From Verrucomicrobiaceae bacterium (GTDB taxonomy: Bacteria > Verrucomicrobiota > Verrucomicrobiia > Verrucomicrobiales > Akkermansiaceae): a stretch of DNA of 48,562 bases. The stretch lies in the NCBI GenBank assembly GCA_051252135.1, contig JBPOGH010000025.1, positions 1-48,562 on the forward strand, read 5' to 3'. Shown one piece after another: positions 12,124 through 21,715 of the stretch. The number at the start of each line of letters is the position of its first letter. Positions within the stretch are counted from its first letter, which is position 1. The translations under genes and the position numbers were made by a program. The notes below the pieces were generated by a model. It ran no database searches, was not told where the DNA came from, and saw only the letters and a list, made by a program, of their open reading frames with translations.

Positions 12124-12555
12124 CGTGGAGAGATGGGAATAAGAACCAGAGCTTCAAGGGAGATGGAAGGGTGGGAGGAGGCTTGATTTTGCGAGTTATT
12201 TTGGGGTTTTAAACTATGAAAATGTTGAATGTTGGAGGTGGTTTTCTTTTCCATCAAGGAGGGTTGATGGCGGAGAAAGTTCACTTTTCAGAAGGTCTTA
12301 CCAATTAAGCTCCATGAACTGTTGAGCGATTCATTCCCTTAATAATAAGGAAGTCCGGGATGGGGGATGCGGGGGCAGGGGGACGAGATTTTGTAAGGTC
12401 TTGTTAGAGGTGAAATCGCGGTGATTTTCGATGTTTCCTAGAGAGCGATTTTCTTTCCGGAAGGGTCGAGTGAGGTGGGTTGGGGGGCTAGCTTGGGCGC
12501 GATCAACCCCCTGCGTCATGTGGGGGGAGTTCACCCTGAAATCAAACACCCAAAC

Positions 12556-13239
12556 ATGATGAAGAACACAGTAATGATGGCAACTGCCGCACTTTGTGCG
12601 ATCCCAGCTGCTGCGAGCGCCCAGAGCACGACATTTGCTCATTGGGATCTCGTTAAAGGAACGAATCCTGACGGCGATCTCGCTGCGAAGGATTGCATCG
12701 CTGACGCCGAGGCGTCACGCGTCGGAATCGGCTACTCCCACCAGTCCTATGGCAGTGAAAGCACCAGTGCCAACGGATACAACTGCTTTGGCATTTGGGA
12801 CGATTCGATCAATGGCAACAAGTATGTCAGCTACAAGGTCACCTTTGGCAACGACAACGCGACCCAGCTTTCGGAGTTCAACTTCGATGTGCGCAATTAT
12901 TCCTGGGGTGATGGACACCCTGATAAGATTGCGGTGTATGTGTTGAAAAACGGTTCCGGAGTTTACTTCAATGCGACCGAAGTTTCCGGCCTGACCTCCA
13001 ATTTCCAGGATGTGTCGGTTCTGTTTGCCAACACGGCAACATTTTCGAGTGCGCTTGGTTCGACTGACACCTTCGAAGCCCGTATCTACGCATACGATCT
13101 TCCCGGAGGTACTTCGGGCGACGCACGGATCGGACTCGATAACATCCGCTTCAATGGTCACTGCAACGTCCCCGAGCCTTCCGGAGCTGCTCTTGCTGCT
13201 CTTGGATTGATTGCGCTTGGTGCACGTCGCCGTCGCTAG
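12556..13239 (+). CDS. PEP-CTERM sorting-domain surface protein, paralog of 11385..12062
   Basis: Same AQSTTFAHWDL, GYNCFG, FNFDVR, SALGSTDTFE and IGLDNIR blocks and an identical VPEP tail. Confidence 0.92.
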   Translation: MMKNTVMMATAALCAIPAAASAQSTTFAHWDLVKGTNPDGDLAAKDCIADAEASRVGIGYSHQSYGSESTSANGYNCFGIWDDSINGNKYVSYKVTFGNDNATQLSEFNFDVRNYSWGDGHPDKIAVYVLKNGSGVYFNATEVSGLTSNFQDVSVLFANTATFSSALGSTDTFEARIYAYDLPGGTSGDARIGLDNIRFNGHCNVPEPSGAALAALGLIALGARRRR

Positions 13240-13283
13240 ACAAACAGATCACCCGAACTGCAGGTTCGCCCTGCATAACAAAT

Positions 13284-13316
13284 GCCCTGCTTCCTTTATG
13301 GGAGCAGGGCTTTTTT
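13284..13316 (+). terminator. Intrinsic terminator
   Basis: GCCCTGCTTCC...GGGAGCAGGGC-T6. Confidence 0.85.
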
Positions 13317-13361
13317 GTTTCAATTGCCTAGGGGGACACTCCCTCTTTCATCAGCACTTCC

Positions 13362-14216
13362 CTAGGCGGAGCGGCGGGCCTTTCTCCATCTGCTGATGAG
13401 GATGAAGGCGAGGATCATGGTGAGGATGAGGATGACGGCTCCGAGGGCGGCGAACTTGCGGGCGTTATCGGCGAGTTCATCGGATTGCTCCTTGGCGCTG
13501 GGGGGGATGGCTCCGGGGACGTAGCTGAAGACGAGTTGATCCTGCTGGAGCCCGGCAGCGGTGAGGGATTTCAAGATGGGGTGGAGGGGGGAGTCTTCGG
13601 CGAGATCGCCGGTAACGAGGAGGCGGGAGATGCCCTGAAGGAATTCCTTGGGAAGGGCGCCCTGGGTGGGGGTGACGGAAGTGAGAGTGAGGATGAGTTT
13701 TCCATCGGTGAGGGTGGGCTCGGCGGTGAAGGTGCCGTTGAGGTTATGGGGCCGTTGGTCGATGCCGAGGACGCTGCAGACAGCGGAGGGGAGTTTCTCG
13801 GTGGAGTTGAGGGGGAGGTGGATGCGGCCGGAGATTTCGTCAGGGGAAATGGCGGTGATGGAGAGTTGGCCGCGGAAGCTTTTGAGGGCGTCGTATTGGG
13901 CAATGGCGAGGTTGAGATCGGTGGGGCTCAGGGCAAGGCTGGCGGGGCGTTCGTTCTCGAGTTCGTGTTTGAAATGGCCGATGCGGCTGACGAAGGAATT
14001 GAATTCGGCTTCGTGGTCGAGGGGATCGGCGACGGGAGTGGGGCGAGGTTCGTGATCGGTGAAGGTGGCGAGGGCTTCGGATTGTTTTTTGAGGGCCCAG
14101 CCGGCGGAGGAAATGAGGACGAGGACGACGAGCCCCATGACGATGAGGATGAGGCAACCGGCGAAGGGGGAGCGGGGTTGGTTGTCTTTGGGGGATGGGG
14201 GAGATTGATCGGCCAC
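13362..14216 (-). CDS. Hypothetical membrane protein with N- and C-terminal TM helices
   Basis: GCLILIVMGLVVLVLI and ALGAVILILTMILAFILI hydrophobic segments; plausible composition. Confidence 0.75.
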   Translation of the reverse strand: MADQSPPSPKDNQPRSPFAGCLILIVMGLVVLVLISSAGWALKKQSEALATFTDHEPRPTPVADPLDHEAEFNSFVSRIGHFKHELENERPASLALSPTDLNLAIAQYDALKSFRGQLSITAISPDEISGRIHLPLNSTEKLPSAVCSVLGIDQRPHNLNGTFTAEPTLTDGKLILTLTSVTPTQGALPKEFLQGISRLLVTGDLAEDSPLHPILKSLTAAGLQQDQLVFSYVPGAIPPSAKEQSDELADNARKFAALGAVILILTMILAFILISRWRKARRSA

Positions 14217-14277
14217 GGGGAGACGATAATGGAGAATTTAGAATTGGGAATTCGGAATTGAGGCTTAGATTGCGGGT

Positions 14278-15354
14278 GTGGCACGAATTCTCGTAGGACT
14301 TTCAGGCGGAGTGGACTCTGCGGCGGCGGCGGCTTTGCTCCTGGAGCAGGGGCATGAGGTGGTGGGCGGGTATATGAAGAACTGGATTAATGAGGAGGGT
14401 TTGCCGGGAGATTGCCCTTGGGAGAGTGATCTGGAGGATGCGCATGCGGTGGCGAAGGCGTTGGGGATTGAGTTCCGGGTGGTGGACCTGATTGACCAGT
14501 ATCGGGAGCGGATTGTGGATTATCTTTTGGAGGGGTATCGGAGCGGGGTGACGCCGAATCCGGACGTGATGTGTAATCGGGAGATGAAATTCGGGGTGTT
14601 TTTGGACTACGCGCTGGAGCAAGGATTTGAGTCGGTGGGGACGGGGCACTATGTCCGGCGTCGGGAACGGGCGGATGGGACGGCGGATTTGTTGCGGGGG
14701 GCGGATCCGAACAAGGATCAGTCGTATTTTCTGGCGATGATGACGCAGCATCAGGTGAAGCATGGTCTTTTCCCGGCGGGCGAGATGTTGAAGCCGGAGG
14801 TGCGGGAGGTGGCGCGGCGGTTCAATCTGCCGAATGCGGAGAAGAAGGATAGCCAGGGGATTTGCTTTATTGGAAATATTAAGATGAGTGATTTCCTGCG
14901 GCATTATGTGCCGGACTCACCGGGGGAGATTGTGGATGTGGATGGAGTGGTGAAGGGGAAGCACGATGGCTTGCATCTCTACACGCTGGGTCAGCGGAAG
15001 GGGCATGGGGTGGCATCACCGCGTGACGGGATGGCCTATGTGGTGGTGGGGAAGAATGCGGAGAAGAATCAACTCATCGTGGGATGGGATGAGGTGGGGG
15101 CTCATGGGCTTTATGCGACGAAGTGCGTGGTGGGATCGGTGTCATCGACGAACGACGTGATCCGGGGAGGTCGGCTGGAGGCCCAGCCGCGGTATCGGGC
15201 GAAGAGCGAGCCGGTGATGGTGAAGGAGATCGGCGAGGGGAGATTTGAGCTGGAATTTACGAAGCCGCAGCGGGCGCTGACGCCGGGGCAGATATGCGCG
15301 TTTTATGAGGGAGGGAAGCTGCTGGGCGGTGGTGTGTTTGAGAAGATTTTGTGA
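14278..15354 (+). CDS. mnmA: tRNA-specific 2-thiouridylase
   Basis: SGGVDS, TPNPDVMCNREMKF, TGHY, KDQSYFL, KKDSQGICFIG and TPGQ motifs. Confidence 0.97.
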   Translation: MARILVGLSGGVDSAAAAALLLEQGHEVVGGYMKNWINEEGLPGDCPWESDLEDAHAVAKALGIEFRVVDLIDQYRERIVDYLLEGYRSGVTPNPDVMCNREMKFGVFLDYALEQGFESVGTGHYVRRRERADGTADLLRGADPNKDQSYFLAMMTQHQVKHGLFPAGEMLKPEVREVARRFNLPNAEKKDSQGICFIGNIKMSDFLRHYVPDSPGEIVDVDGVVKGKHDGLHLYTLGQRKGHGVASPRDGMAYVVVGKNAEKNQLIVGWDEVGAHGLYATKCVVGSVSSTNDVIRGGRLEAQPRYRAKSEPVMVKEIGEGRFELEFTKPQRALTPGQICAFYEGGKLLGGGVFEKIL

Positions 15355-15356
15355 AA

Positions 15357-16982
15357 CTACTCGGCTGCTTTTTTGATAATTCGGTAGAAGGCTTTATTGG
15401 GGGCGGCGGTGTCGTTAAAAGTGAGGATTCCTGAAGAGTTAGCGGTGAGATTGCCAATTATGGAATCATTGTCGAAAGACATTGAGGGGGAGCGATGAAT
15501 TTCGAACTGTTCACCTTCGAGAGCGATAATGTCCAAGGCAGTGTTGCCTGAGGTGAATTTAAATTGATGAGGGATGATTTCGGGGGTGATAGTGACTATC
15601 GGGATGCCATTTATTGAGCTTCCCCAGCCCAAGCTAGTCGGGACGGTGTGGAATTTTAGATTTGGGTAATCGGTGAAAGCGGATTGGTGAATGCTTGGCG
15701 CGCTGCCCAAATAAAGAATCAGTGTCAGATTTGAGCAGCGATTAAAAGCGGAACTTGCGATGGAAGTTACGGAACCGGGAATGGTTAGGGATGAAATATT
15801 GGTGCAACTCCCGAACGAGTATTCTCCTATAGAAGTGAGGGAAGCGGGGAGGTTAAGGGAGGTGAGGCTGGTGCAGTTTCGGAACGCGAAATCCTCGATG
15901 GTAGTGATGGCATCCGGGATATTGATGGAAGTGAGGCTGGTGCAGCCATCGAAACTGAAGGATCCGATGGAAGTGACGGCATCCGGGATGTTAAGGGAGG
16001 TGAGGCTGACGCATTTTTTGAAAGCGTAGTTCCCAATGGAAGTGACGGCATCCGGGATGTTAAGGGAGGTGAGGCTGACGCAGTTGGCGAAAGCGGAGTT
16101 CCCAATGGAAGTGACGGCATCCGGGATGTTAAGGGAGGTGAGGCTGACGCAACCAGAGAAACTAGACGACGGGATGGTGGTGATGGCATCCGGGATGTTG
16201 ATGGAAGAGAGGATGCTGCAGCCTCCGAAACTTCCCGATCCAATGTATGTGATGGTGTCCGGGATGCTTATTGAAGCAAGGTTACTACAGCCAGAGAACG
16301 TACCAGATTCAATTCTGGTAAGGTTGTTGGTGAGGTTGATGGAGGTGAGGCTACTACAGTCTCCGAAAGCGTAGGATCCGATGAAAGTGATGGTGTCGGG
16401 AAGGGTGATGGTGGATAGCTTTTTACAATTCCTGAACGTAGAGTGCTGGATGATCGTGACGGATTCCGGGATTTCGATTGAGGAGAGGGTGGTGCACCAC
16501 CAAAAAGCTTGGCTTCCGATCGAGGTTACGGAATCCGGGATGTTGATGGTAGAGAGTCTGTTGCAATCCCAGAAAGCACCTTGTCCGATTGTTGTTACCG
16601 AATTCGGGAGGGTGATGGAAGTGAGATTCCGACAATATTGGAAGGTGAAAGGAGCAATGGAAGTGATCGCGTTGGGGATGTTGATGGAAGAGAGTCTGTC
16701 GCAGTCGTAGAACGCTTGCTTCCCGATGGAATTGACTGAATTCGGGATGTTGATAGAAGTGATTTTGTTGCACCGCCTGAAGGCATCTTCCTCGATGGTG
16801 GTGACAGGAAGTCCGTCGATGGTGCCCGGGATGACTAAGGCTCCTGAAGCTGAAGTTGCACAGGTGCTGATCGTTATTTTACCATTTGTGGTGTAGTAGG
16901 ACAGGTCAGCGAGATCTGCTGCGTGCGCTTTTTTGAATAGTAGGAGGCAAGCGAATAAGGTTAAGCAGATTCTAAAGTTCAT
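15357..16982 (-). CDS. BspA-like (LRR_5) leucine-rich-repeat surface protein
   Basis: Signal peptide; many 23-aa LTSINIPDAVTSIG..AF..C repeats. Confidence 0.92.
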   Translation of the reverse strand: MNFRICLTLFACLLLFKKAHAADLADLSYYTTNGKITISTCATSASGALVIPGTIDGLPVTTIEEDAFRRCNKITSINIPNSVNSIGKQAFYDCDRLSSINIPNAITSIAPFTFQYCRNLTSITLPNSVTTIGQGAFWDCNRLSTINIPDSVTSIGSQAFWWCTTLSSIEIPESVTIIQHSTFRNCKKLSTITLPDTITFIGSYAFGDCSSLTSINLTNNLTRIESGTFSGCSNLASISIPDTITYIGSGSFGGCSILSSINIPDAITTIPSSSFSGCVSLTSLNIPDAVTSIGNSAFANCVSLTSLNIPDAVTSIGNYAFKKCVSLTSLNIPDAVTSIGSFSFDGCTSLTSINIPDAITTIEDFAFRNCTSLTSLNLPASLTSIGEYSFGSCTNISSLTIPGSVTSIASSAFNRCSNLTLILYLGSAPSIHQSAFTDYPNLKFHTVPTSLGWGSSINGIPIVTITPEIIPHQFKFTSGNTALDIIALEGEQFEIHRSPSMSFDNDSIIGNLTANSSGILTFNDTAAPNKAFYRIIKKAAE

Positions 16983-17072
16983 GATAGGTATCCATTAAGA
17001 TTATAGACCTACTTTCTGATGGGTCTTGTTATAAGTAAAGATGTTTTCAGGTGCTTCGAGCTCGCTCGGAGA

Positions 17073-17137
17073 GTTTCGGGGTATTTTCGTTTCCAGACGT
17101 CGAGGGCGGTTTCGATTTGCTCGGTTTTTCGGGTGGG
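17073..17137 (-). repeat. 65-bp duplicate of sequence near the 3' end of the isomerase gene (17898..17962)
   Basis: 63/65 identical; encodes PTRKTEQIETALDVW.RKYPE. Confidence 0.9.
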
Positions 17138-17274
17138 AAGCTGCTGGGGGGTGGGGTGTTTGAGAAGGTGTTGAGCGATGAGATTTGAACACGAACTTTG
17201 AAGGCTGAACGGGGAGCTGATGCTCCTGGGTGGGAGAGTGGGTTTTTTGCACAGAGGCTCCGAGAGGGCGGAGT

Positions 17275-17860
17275 GGCAAAGAGGGGCCTGCGGGGAGGTG
17301 GGAGAACTGCGGATTGCAGTGGCTTGGCCTTGATTGCCTTGCGTTGGGAACCCAGCGCTGCGCTCGTGCCTCGCTTGCACTGGGCTGGTATGTATAGGGC
17401 CGTTGGCCCTAGGAGAGGCTGGCAAAGAGGGGCCTGCGGGGAGGCGGGAGAACTGCGGGGTGCAGTGGCTTGGCCTCGATTTCCTTGCGTTGGGAACCCA
17501 GCGCTGCGCTCGTGCCTCGCTTGCACTGGGCTGGTATGTATAGGGCCGTTGGCCCTGGGAGAGGCTGGTAAAGAGGGGCCTGCGGGGAGGTGGGAGAACT
17601 GCGGGGTGCAGTGGCTTGGCCTTGATTACTTTGCGTTGGGAACCCAGCGCTGCGCTCGTTCCTTGCTTGCACTGGGCTGGTATGTTTAGGGCCGTTGGCC
17701 CAGGGAGAGGCTGGCAAAGAGGGGCCTGCGGGGAGGCGGGAGAACTGCGGATTGCAGTGGCTTGGCCTTTATTTTCTTGCTTTGGGAACCCAGCGCTGCG
17801 CTCGTGCCTCGCTTGCACTGGGCTGGTATGAGTCGGGCCTTTGGCCCTGGGAGAGGCTGG
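17275..17860. repeat. Four tandem 146-bp units, each carrying a REP-like multi-hairpin
   Basis: GAGGGGCCTG at 17281, 17427, 17573 and 17719; CCCAGCGC...GCACTGGG and GGGCCGTTGGCCC hairpins. Confidence 0.95.
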
Positions 17861-17878
17861 CTCAGGGAGGAGGTTGGC

Positions 17879-18820
17879 CTAGGAGAGCGGTGTGAGGGTT
17901 TCGGGGTATTTCCGGTTCCAGACGTCGAGGGCGGTTTCGATTTGCTCGGTTTTTCGGGTGGGGGAGAGTTCCCAGGTGAAGGGCATTTCGGGGCGGAAAT
18001 GGCGGAGCAGTTGATCGTAGGGGAGGGAGCCGGTGAAGGGGACGCGGTGGTCGCGTTTGGGCCATTGGACGTCGTGGACGTGGGCACCGATGAGGTAGGG
18101 GGCCATTTTGGCGAGCCATTGGTCGTGGTCGAGGAGGCCGAGGTTGTGCTTGAGTCCGACGTGGCCGAAGTCGTGCCAGTATCCTATTTGGGGACAGTCG
18201 GCGAAGTGTTCCTGAAGTTGGATCATTTCGCGCTCGTCGGGGACGTCTTCGTATTTCGAGCGGGATTCGACGGCGAGGATGACGCCGGCGTCCTTGGCGG
18301 GTTCGATGAGGCGTTCGAGGGTGTCGATGGCGCGCTGGAAGTATTTGGGGCCGGTCTTTTCGCGTTTTTTGACGCAGGCGAGTTTGTCATCGGCATACTC
18401 ACCGGTGAGCTGGAGGCCGTCGCCGAGTTTTTTGGTGAGGGCGCCGGTCCATTTTTTGTGGGGCATGGAGCGGACGGATCCCATGTGGAGGACGACGTAG
18501 TAGGCCTTGAACTCAGCGGCGACCTCGAGGGTGCGGAGGGTGTGCTCCATGGCACGGTAGCGCTCGTTGGGGTCATCGGCTCCGAACTCGTAGGCATCGG
18601 GGGCGTCGATCATGACTTCCGTGGGTGAGGGGAAGTAGTTGTGGACGCCGACGCATTTGAACTTGTTGGCGGCGTAGGCACGCTGGATGCCGGGGAGTTT
18701 GGCAATGGTCATGCCGTGGGAGAGCTCGAGGGTGTCGACGCCGAGGGCGAGGATTTCATCGATCATCTCCTCGCCGTCGGTGTGACGGGAGTTGTTCCAG
18801 CAGGTGGAGAAGGAAAGCAT
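17879..18820 (-). CDS. Sugar phosphate isomerase/epimerase (xylose-isomerase-like TIM barrel)
   Basis: ELSH, VVLHMG, LAVE, YWHDFGH, HVHDV, DHRVP and WEL metal-binding pattern; ATG 18820 preferred as start. Confidence 0.85.
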   Translation of the reverse strand: MLSFSTCWNNSRHTDGEEMIDEILALGVDTLELSHGMTIAKLPGIQRAYAANKFKCVGVHNYFPSPTEVMIDAPDAYEFGADDPNERYRAMEHTLRTLEVAAEFKAYYVVLHMGSVRSMPHKKWTGALTKKLGDGLQLTGEYADDKLACVKKREKTGPKYFQRAIDTLERLIEPAKDAGVILAVESRSKYEDVPDEREMIQLQEHFADCPQIGYWHDFGHVGLKHNLGLLDHDQWLAKMAPYLIGAHVHDVQWPKRDHRVPFTGSLPYDQLLRHFRPEMPFTWELSPTRKTEQIETALDVWNRKYPETLTPLS

Positions 18821-18882
18821 TGCCGCGAACATTGAACGCTGAACAATGAACGTCCAACGTTGAAATTTTGGTTGGGGAGTTT

Positions 18883-18906
18883 GCGACGCTCATAGAGCGA
18901 CGCTAC
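18883..18906 (-). repeat. GTAG-type REP palindrome
   Basis: Minus strand reads GTAGCGTCGCTCTATGAGCGTCGC, immediately after the sulfatase stop. Confidence 0.55.
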
Positions 18907-18908
18907 AA

Positions 18909-20714
18909 CTAGGGCTTCTTTTTGACGATGGTGTAGTAGGCGCCGACTTCTCCTTTATCGTGGACGAAGACGGGGGCGAGTTGGTGGGAGCCTTTTTTGA
19001 GTTCGGCGGTGAAGGTGATGCGGGTGTCCTTTTCGCCGACGGGTTTCGTTTCGATGTCTTTTCCGTCGAGGCGGAGGGTGGCTTTGGTGATGGGCATGGC
19101 GAGGCCCACGTCTTCGCGGAAGGCTTTGGAGGATCCCGGGACGGCTGCGCCTGCGGGGAGTCCGGCGGAGATGGGGTGGTTTGCTTCGGCGGGCCAGCGG
19201 AGGGCGGAGATCTCGTAGGTGCCGTCTTCGATGACCTTGATGGCCCAGTGGCCTTTGTGTTGTTTCTGGGTGATGGCCTTTTTGTTGTCATAGGCGTCGC
19301 CTCTGCGGATGTGGCCCTGGTTCCAAGGGGGGCCGGTGTTGAGCCAGTCGTGTGCGGTGAGGGTGGCGACGGGGTCATTGGGGTGGCCGACGTAGATTTC
19401 GGTGGTTTGGGCGAAGGTGGGTTCGAGCTCGGCCCACCATGCGTCGTAGAAGGCGCGCATTTTGGCGACTTGTTCGGGGTTGGATTTGGCGATGTCTTTT
19501 TTCTGACCGGGGTCGGCTTTGATGTCGTAGAGTTCCTTGCCGTTGATGAGGCGATACTGCTGGGACATGACGGAGGAGCCGCGCCATTTCTTGGGGTCAA
19601 CGACGCGTTGGGAGTCGGTGATGATGAAGCGGTGGGGCCATTCGACATCGGTGTTGGGATCGATGAGGTCCTTGAGGGAAGTGCCATCGAATTTCACTTC
19701 GGCGGTGTTGGGGACTTTGCAGACGTCCATGAGGGTGGGGACGAAATCGATGGCGTGAGTGAGGGTGTCGATCTTGCGGTGTTGACTGAGGCCGGCGGCG
19801 GGCCAGTGGATGAACATGGGGACGCGGTGGCCGCCATCGTAGGGGGATCCTTTTTTACCCTTCATGCCGGCGTTGAAGATGTTTGCTCCGGAGGCGGTGC
19901 CGTTGTCGGTGGTGAAGATGAAGATGGTGTTGTCCGCGATGCCGAGGTCGGCAAGGAGCTTACGGGTGGTGCCGACGTTGTCATCGATATTGGTGATCAT
20001 GCCGAAGAAGGCCTGAATGTTCGGCTTCTGGTCCTTGTAGAGGTCCATGTATTTTTGAGGACAATGAAGCGGGCCGTGGGGGGCGTTGAGGGAGATGTAG
20101 GCAAGGAAGGGTTCGTCCTTTTTGGCGGCGTCTTTGATGAAGTTGTTGGCTTGCTCGAAGAAGACGTCGGTGCAGAAGCCTTTGGCGGGGACGATGTTGC
20201 CGTTATGGAAGTATTGGCCGTCGAAGTAGGAATTGTCCCAAAGGTCGGGGGTTTGCCCGACGCCGCCGCCGCCGTGGCGGTAGACTTCCTCGAAGCCGCG
20301 GTCTTCGGGGCGGTAGGGGTAGTTATCGCCAAGGTGCCATTTGCCGAACATGGCGGTGGCGTAGTCCTTTTGGAAATGCTGGCCGAGGGTGACTTCGTTT
20401 TCGCGGATCATGGAGCGGCCCATGATGGTGTGCCAGACGCCGGTGCGGTTGGTCCAGTGACCGGAAAGGAGGGCGGCACGGGTGGGAGAGCAGGTGGGGG
20501 CGACGTGGTAGTCGGTGAGGACGGTGGACTCGTGGTAAAGTTTGTCGATGTGAGGGGTCTTGATGACGGTGTTTCCGTGGCAGGCGAGATCTCCGTAGCC
20601 CTGGTCATCGGTGATGACGATGACGATGTTGGGGCGTTCTGCGGCGAATCCGAGATTGGAGAGGAGAAGGCCGATGCAGGCGAGCAGGGGTCGGGGTTGG
20701 GAAAAAAAGTGCAT
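18909..20714 (-). CDS. Exported arylsulfatase (formylglycine-dependent, S1 family)
   Basis: PNIVIVITDDQGYGDL, CSPTRAALLSG, GKWHLG, APHGP and FTTDNG motifs. Confidence 0.95.
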   Translation of the reverse strand: MHFFSQPRPLLACIGLLLSNLGFAAERPNIVIVITDDQGYGDLACHGNTVIKTPHIDKLYHESTVLTDYHVAPTCSPTRAALLSGHWTNRTGVWHTIMGRSMIRENEVTLGQHFQKDYATAMFGKWHLGDNYPYRPEDRGFEEVYRHGGGGVGQTPDLWDNSYFDGQYFHNGNIVPAKGFCTDVFFEQANNFIKDAAKKDEPFLAYISLNAPHGPLHCPQKYMDLYKDQKPNIQAFFGMITNIDDNVGTTRKLLADLGIADNTIFIFTTDNGTASGANIFNAGMKGKKGSPYDGGHRVPMFIHWPAAGLSQHRKIDTLTHAIDFVPTLMDVCKVPNTAEVKFDGTSLKDLIDPNTDVEWPHRFIITDSQRVVDPKKWRGSSVMSQQYRLINGKELYDIKADPGQKKDIAKSNPEQVAKMRAFYDAWWAELEPTFAQTTEIYVGHPNDPVATLTAHDWLNTGPPWNQGHIRRGDAYDNKKAITQKQHKGHWAIKVIEDGTYEISALRWPAEANHPISAGLPAGAAVPGSSKAFREDVGLAMPITKATLRLDGKDIETKPVGEKDTRITFTAELKKGSHQLAPVFVHDKGEVGAYYTIVKKKP

Positions 20715-20779
20715 GTGGTTATTGAAATGGGAGATTTGAAAATTGAAAGATGAGAATTCAGGAGAGAGACTTTTAGGAG

Positions 20780-21709
20780 ATGAACTTGAGCAAGGATTTG
20801 TTGATTGCGGTGCTGATGGGTGGACCGGGAGCGGAGCGTGAGGTGTCGATGGCGTCGGGCAAGGCGGTGTTGAAGGCGTTGCAGGAGTTGGGTTACAATG
20901 CGGTGGGGGTTGAAGTGAAGGATGAATCGCCGGAGATTCCGGAGGGGACGGGATTGGCCTACAACGTCATTCATGGAACGTTTGGAGAGGACGGGGGCTT
21001 GCAGAAATATTTGGGGGAGCGGGGGATTCCTTATACGGGAGCGGGGGAGGCGACGAGTCGGGTGGCTTTTGACAAGGTGTTGAGCAAGGTGCGTTTTGTG
21101 GCGGAAGGGGTGCCGACTCCGTTATCGGAGACCGTTGACTGCACCGATGGGGTGAGATTGCCGAAGATGGCCGCGCCTTTTGTGGTGAAGCCGCCGAGGG
21201 AGGGGTCGAGTGTGGGGATTCGGGTGGTGAAGGATCAGGCGGAGGCCCAGGAGGCGATGGAGAACGGGGCGAAATTCAGCCCGGATATTTTGGTGGAGCA
21301 GTTTGTGGAGGGTCGTGAGTTGACGGTGGGGATTGTGGGGGGAGAGGTGTTTCCGATTGTGGAGATCATTCCACCGGACGGGGAATGGTATGATATGGCG
21401 ACGAAATATCCGTGGTTGAGCGGAAAAACAGGGGGGAGCCAGTATGTTTGTCCGGCGAATTTGAGCGAGGTTGAGGAGGCGGCGGTGAAGGCGGCGGCGA
21501 AAAAAGCGTATGATGCGCTGGGAATAGAGGTTTACTCGCGGGTCGATGTGTTGTTAAATTCGTCAGGAAATCCTTACGTCTTAGAAGCCAATACTATTCC
21601 CGGGATGACTGAAACGAGCCTTTTACCAATGGGTGCGTCTCAGGCCGGGTATGATTTCGGTTCTTTGTGCGTGAAGATTGCCGAGCTATCCCTCGACGAA
21701 CGGGGGTAA
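20780..21709 (+). CDS. ddl: D-alanine--D-alanine ligase
   Basis: GGPGAEREVS, IHGTFGEDG, VKPPREGSSVG and LEANTIPGMT.TSL motifs; AGGAG SD sequence. Confidence 0.97.
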   Translation: MNLSKDLLIAVLMGGPGAEREVSMASGKAVLKALQELGYNAVGVEVKDESPEIPEGTGLAYNVIHGTFGEDGGLQKYLGERGIPYTGAGEATSRVAFDKVLSKVRFVAEGVPTPLSETVDCTDGVRLPKMAAPFVVKPPREGSSVGIRVVKDQAEAQEAMENGAKFSPDILVEQFVEGRELTVGIVGGEVFPIVEIIPPDGEWYDMATKYPWLSGKTGGSQYVCPANLSEVEEAAVKAAAKKAYDALGIEVYSRVDVLLNSSGNPYVLEANTIPGMTETSLLPMGASQAGYDFGSLCVKIAELSLDERG

Positions 21710-21715
21710 GGACCC

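Noticed and set aside
17001..17895. Multiple overlapping ORFs up to 269 aa
   Set aside because: Products of the 146-bp tandem repeat; no protein-family features
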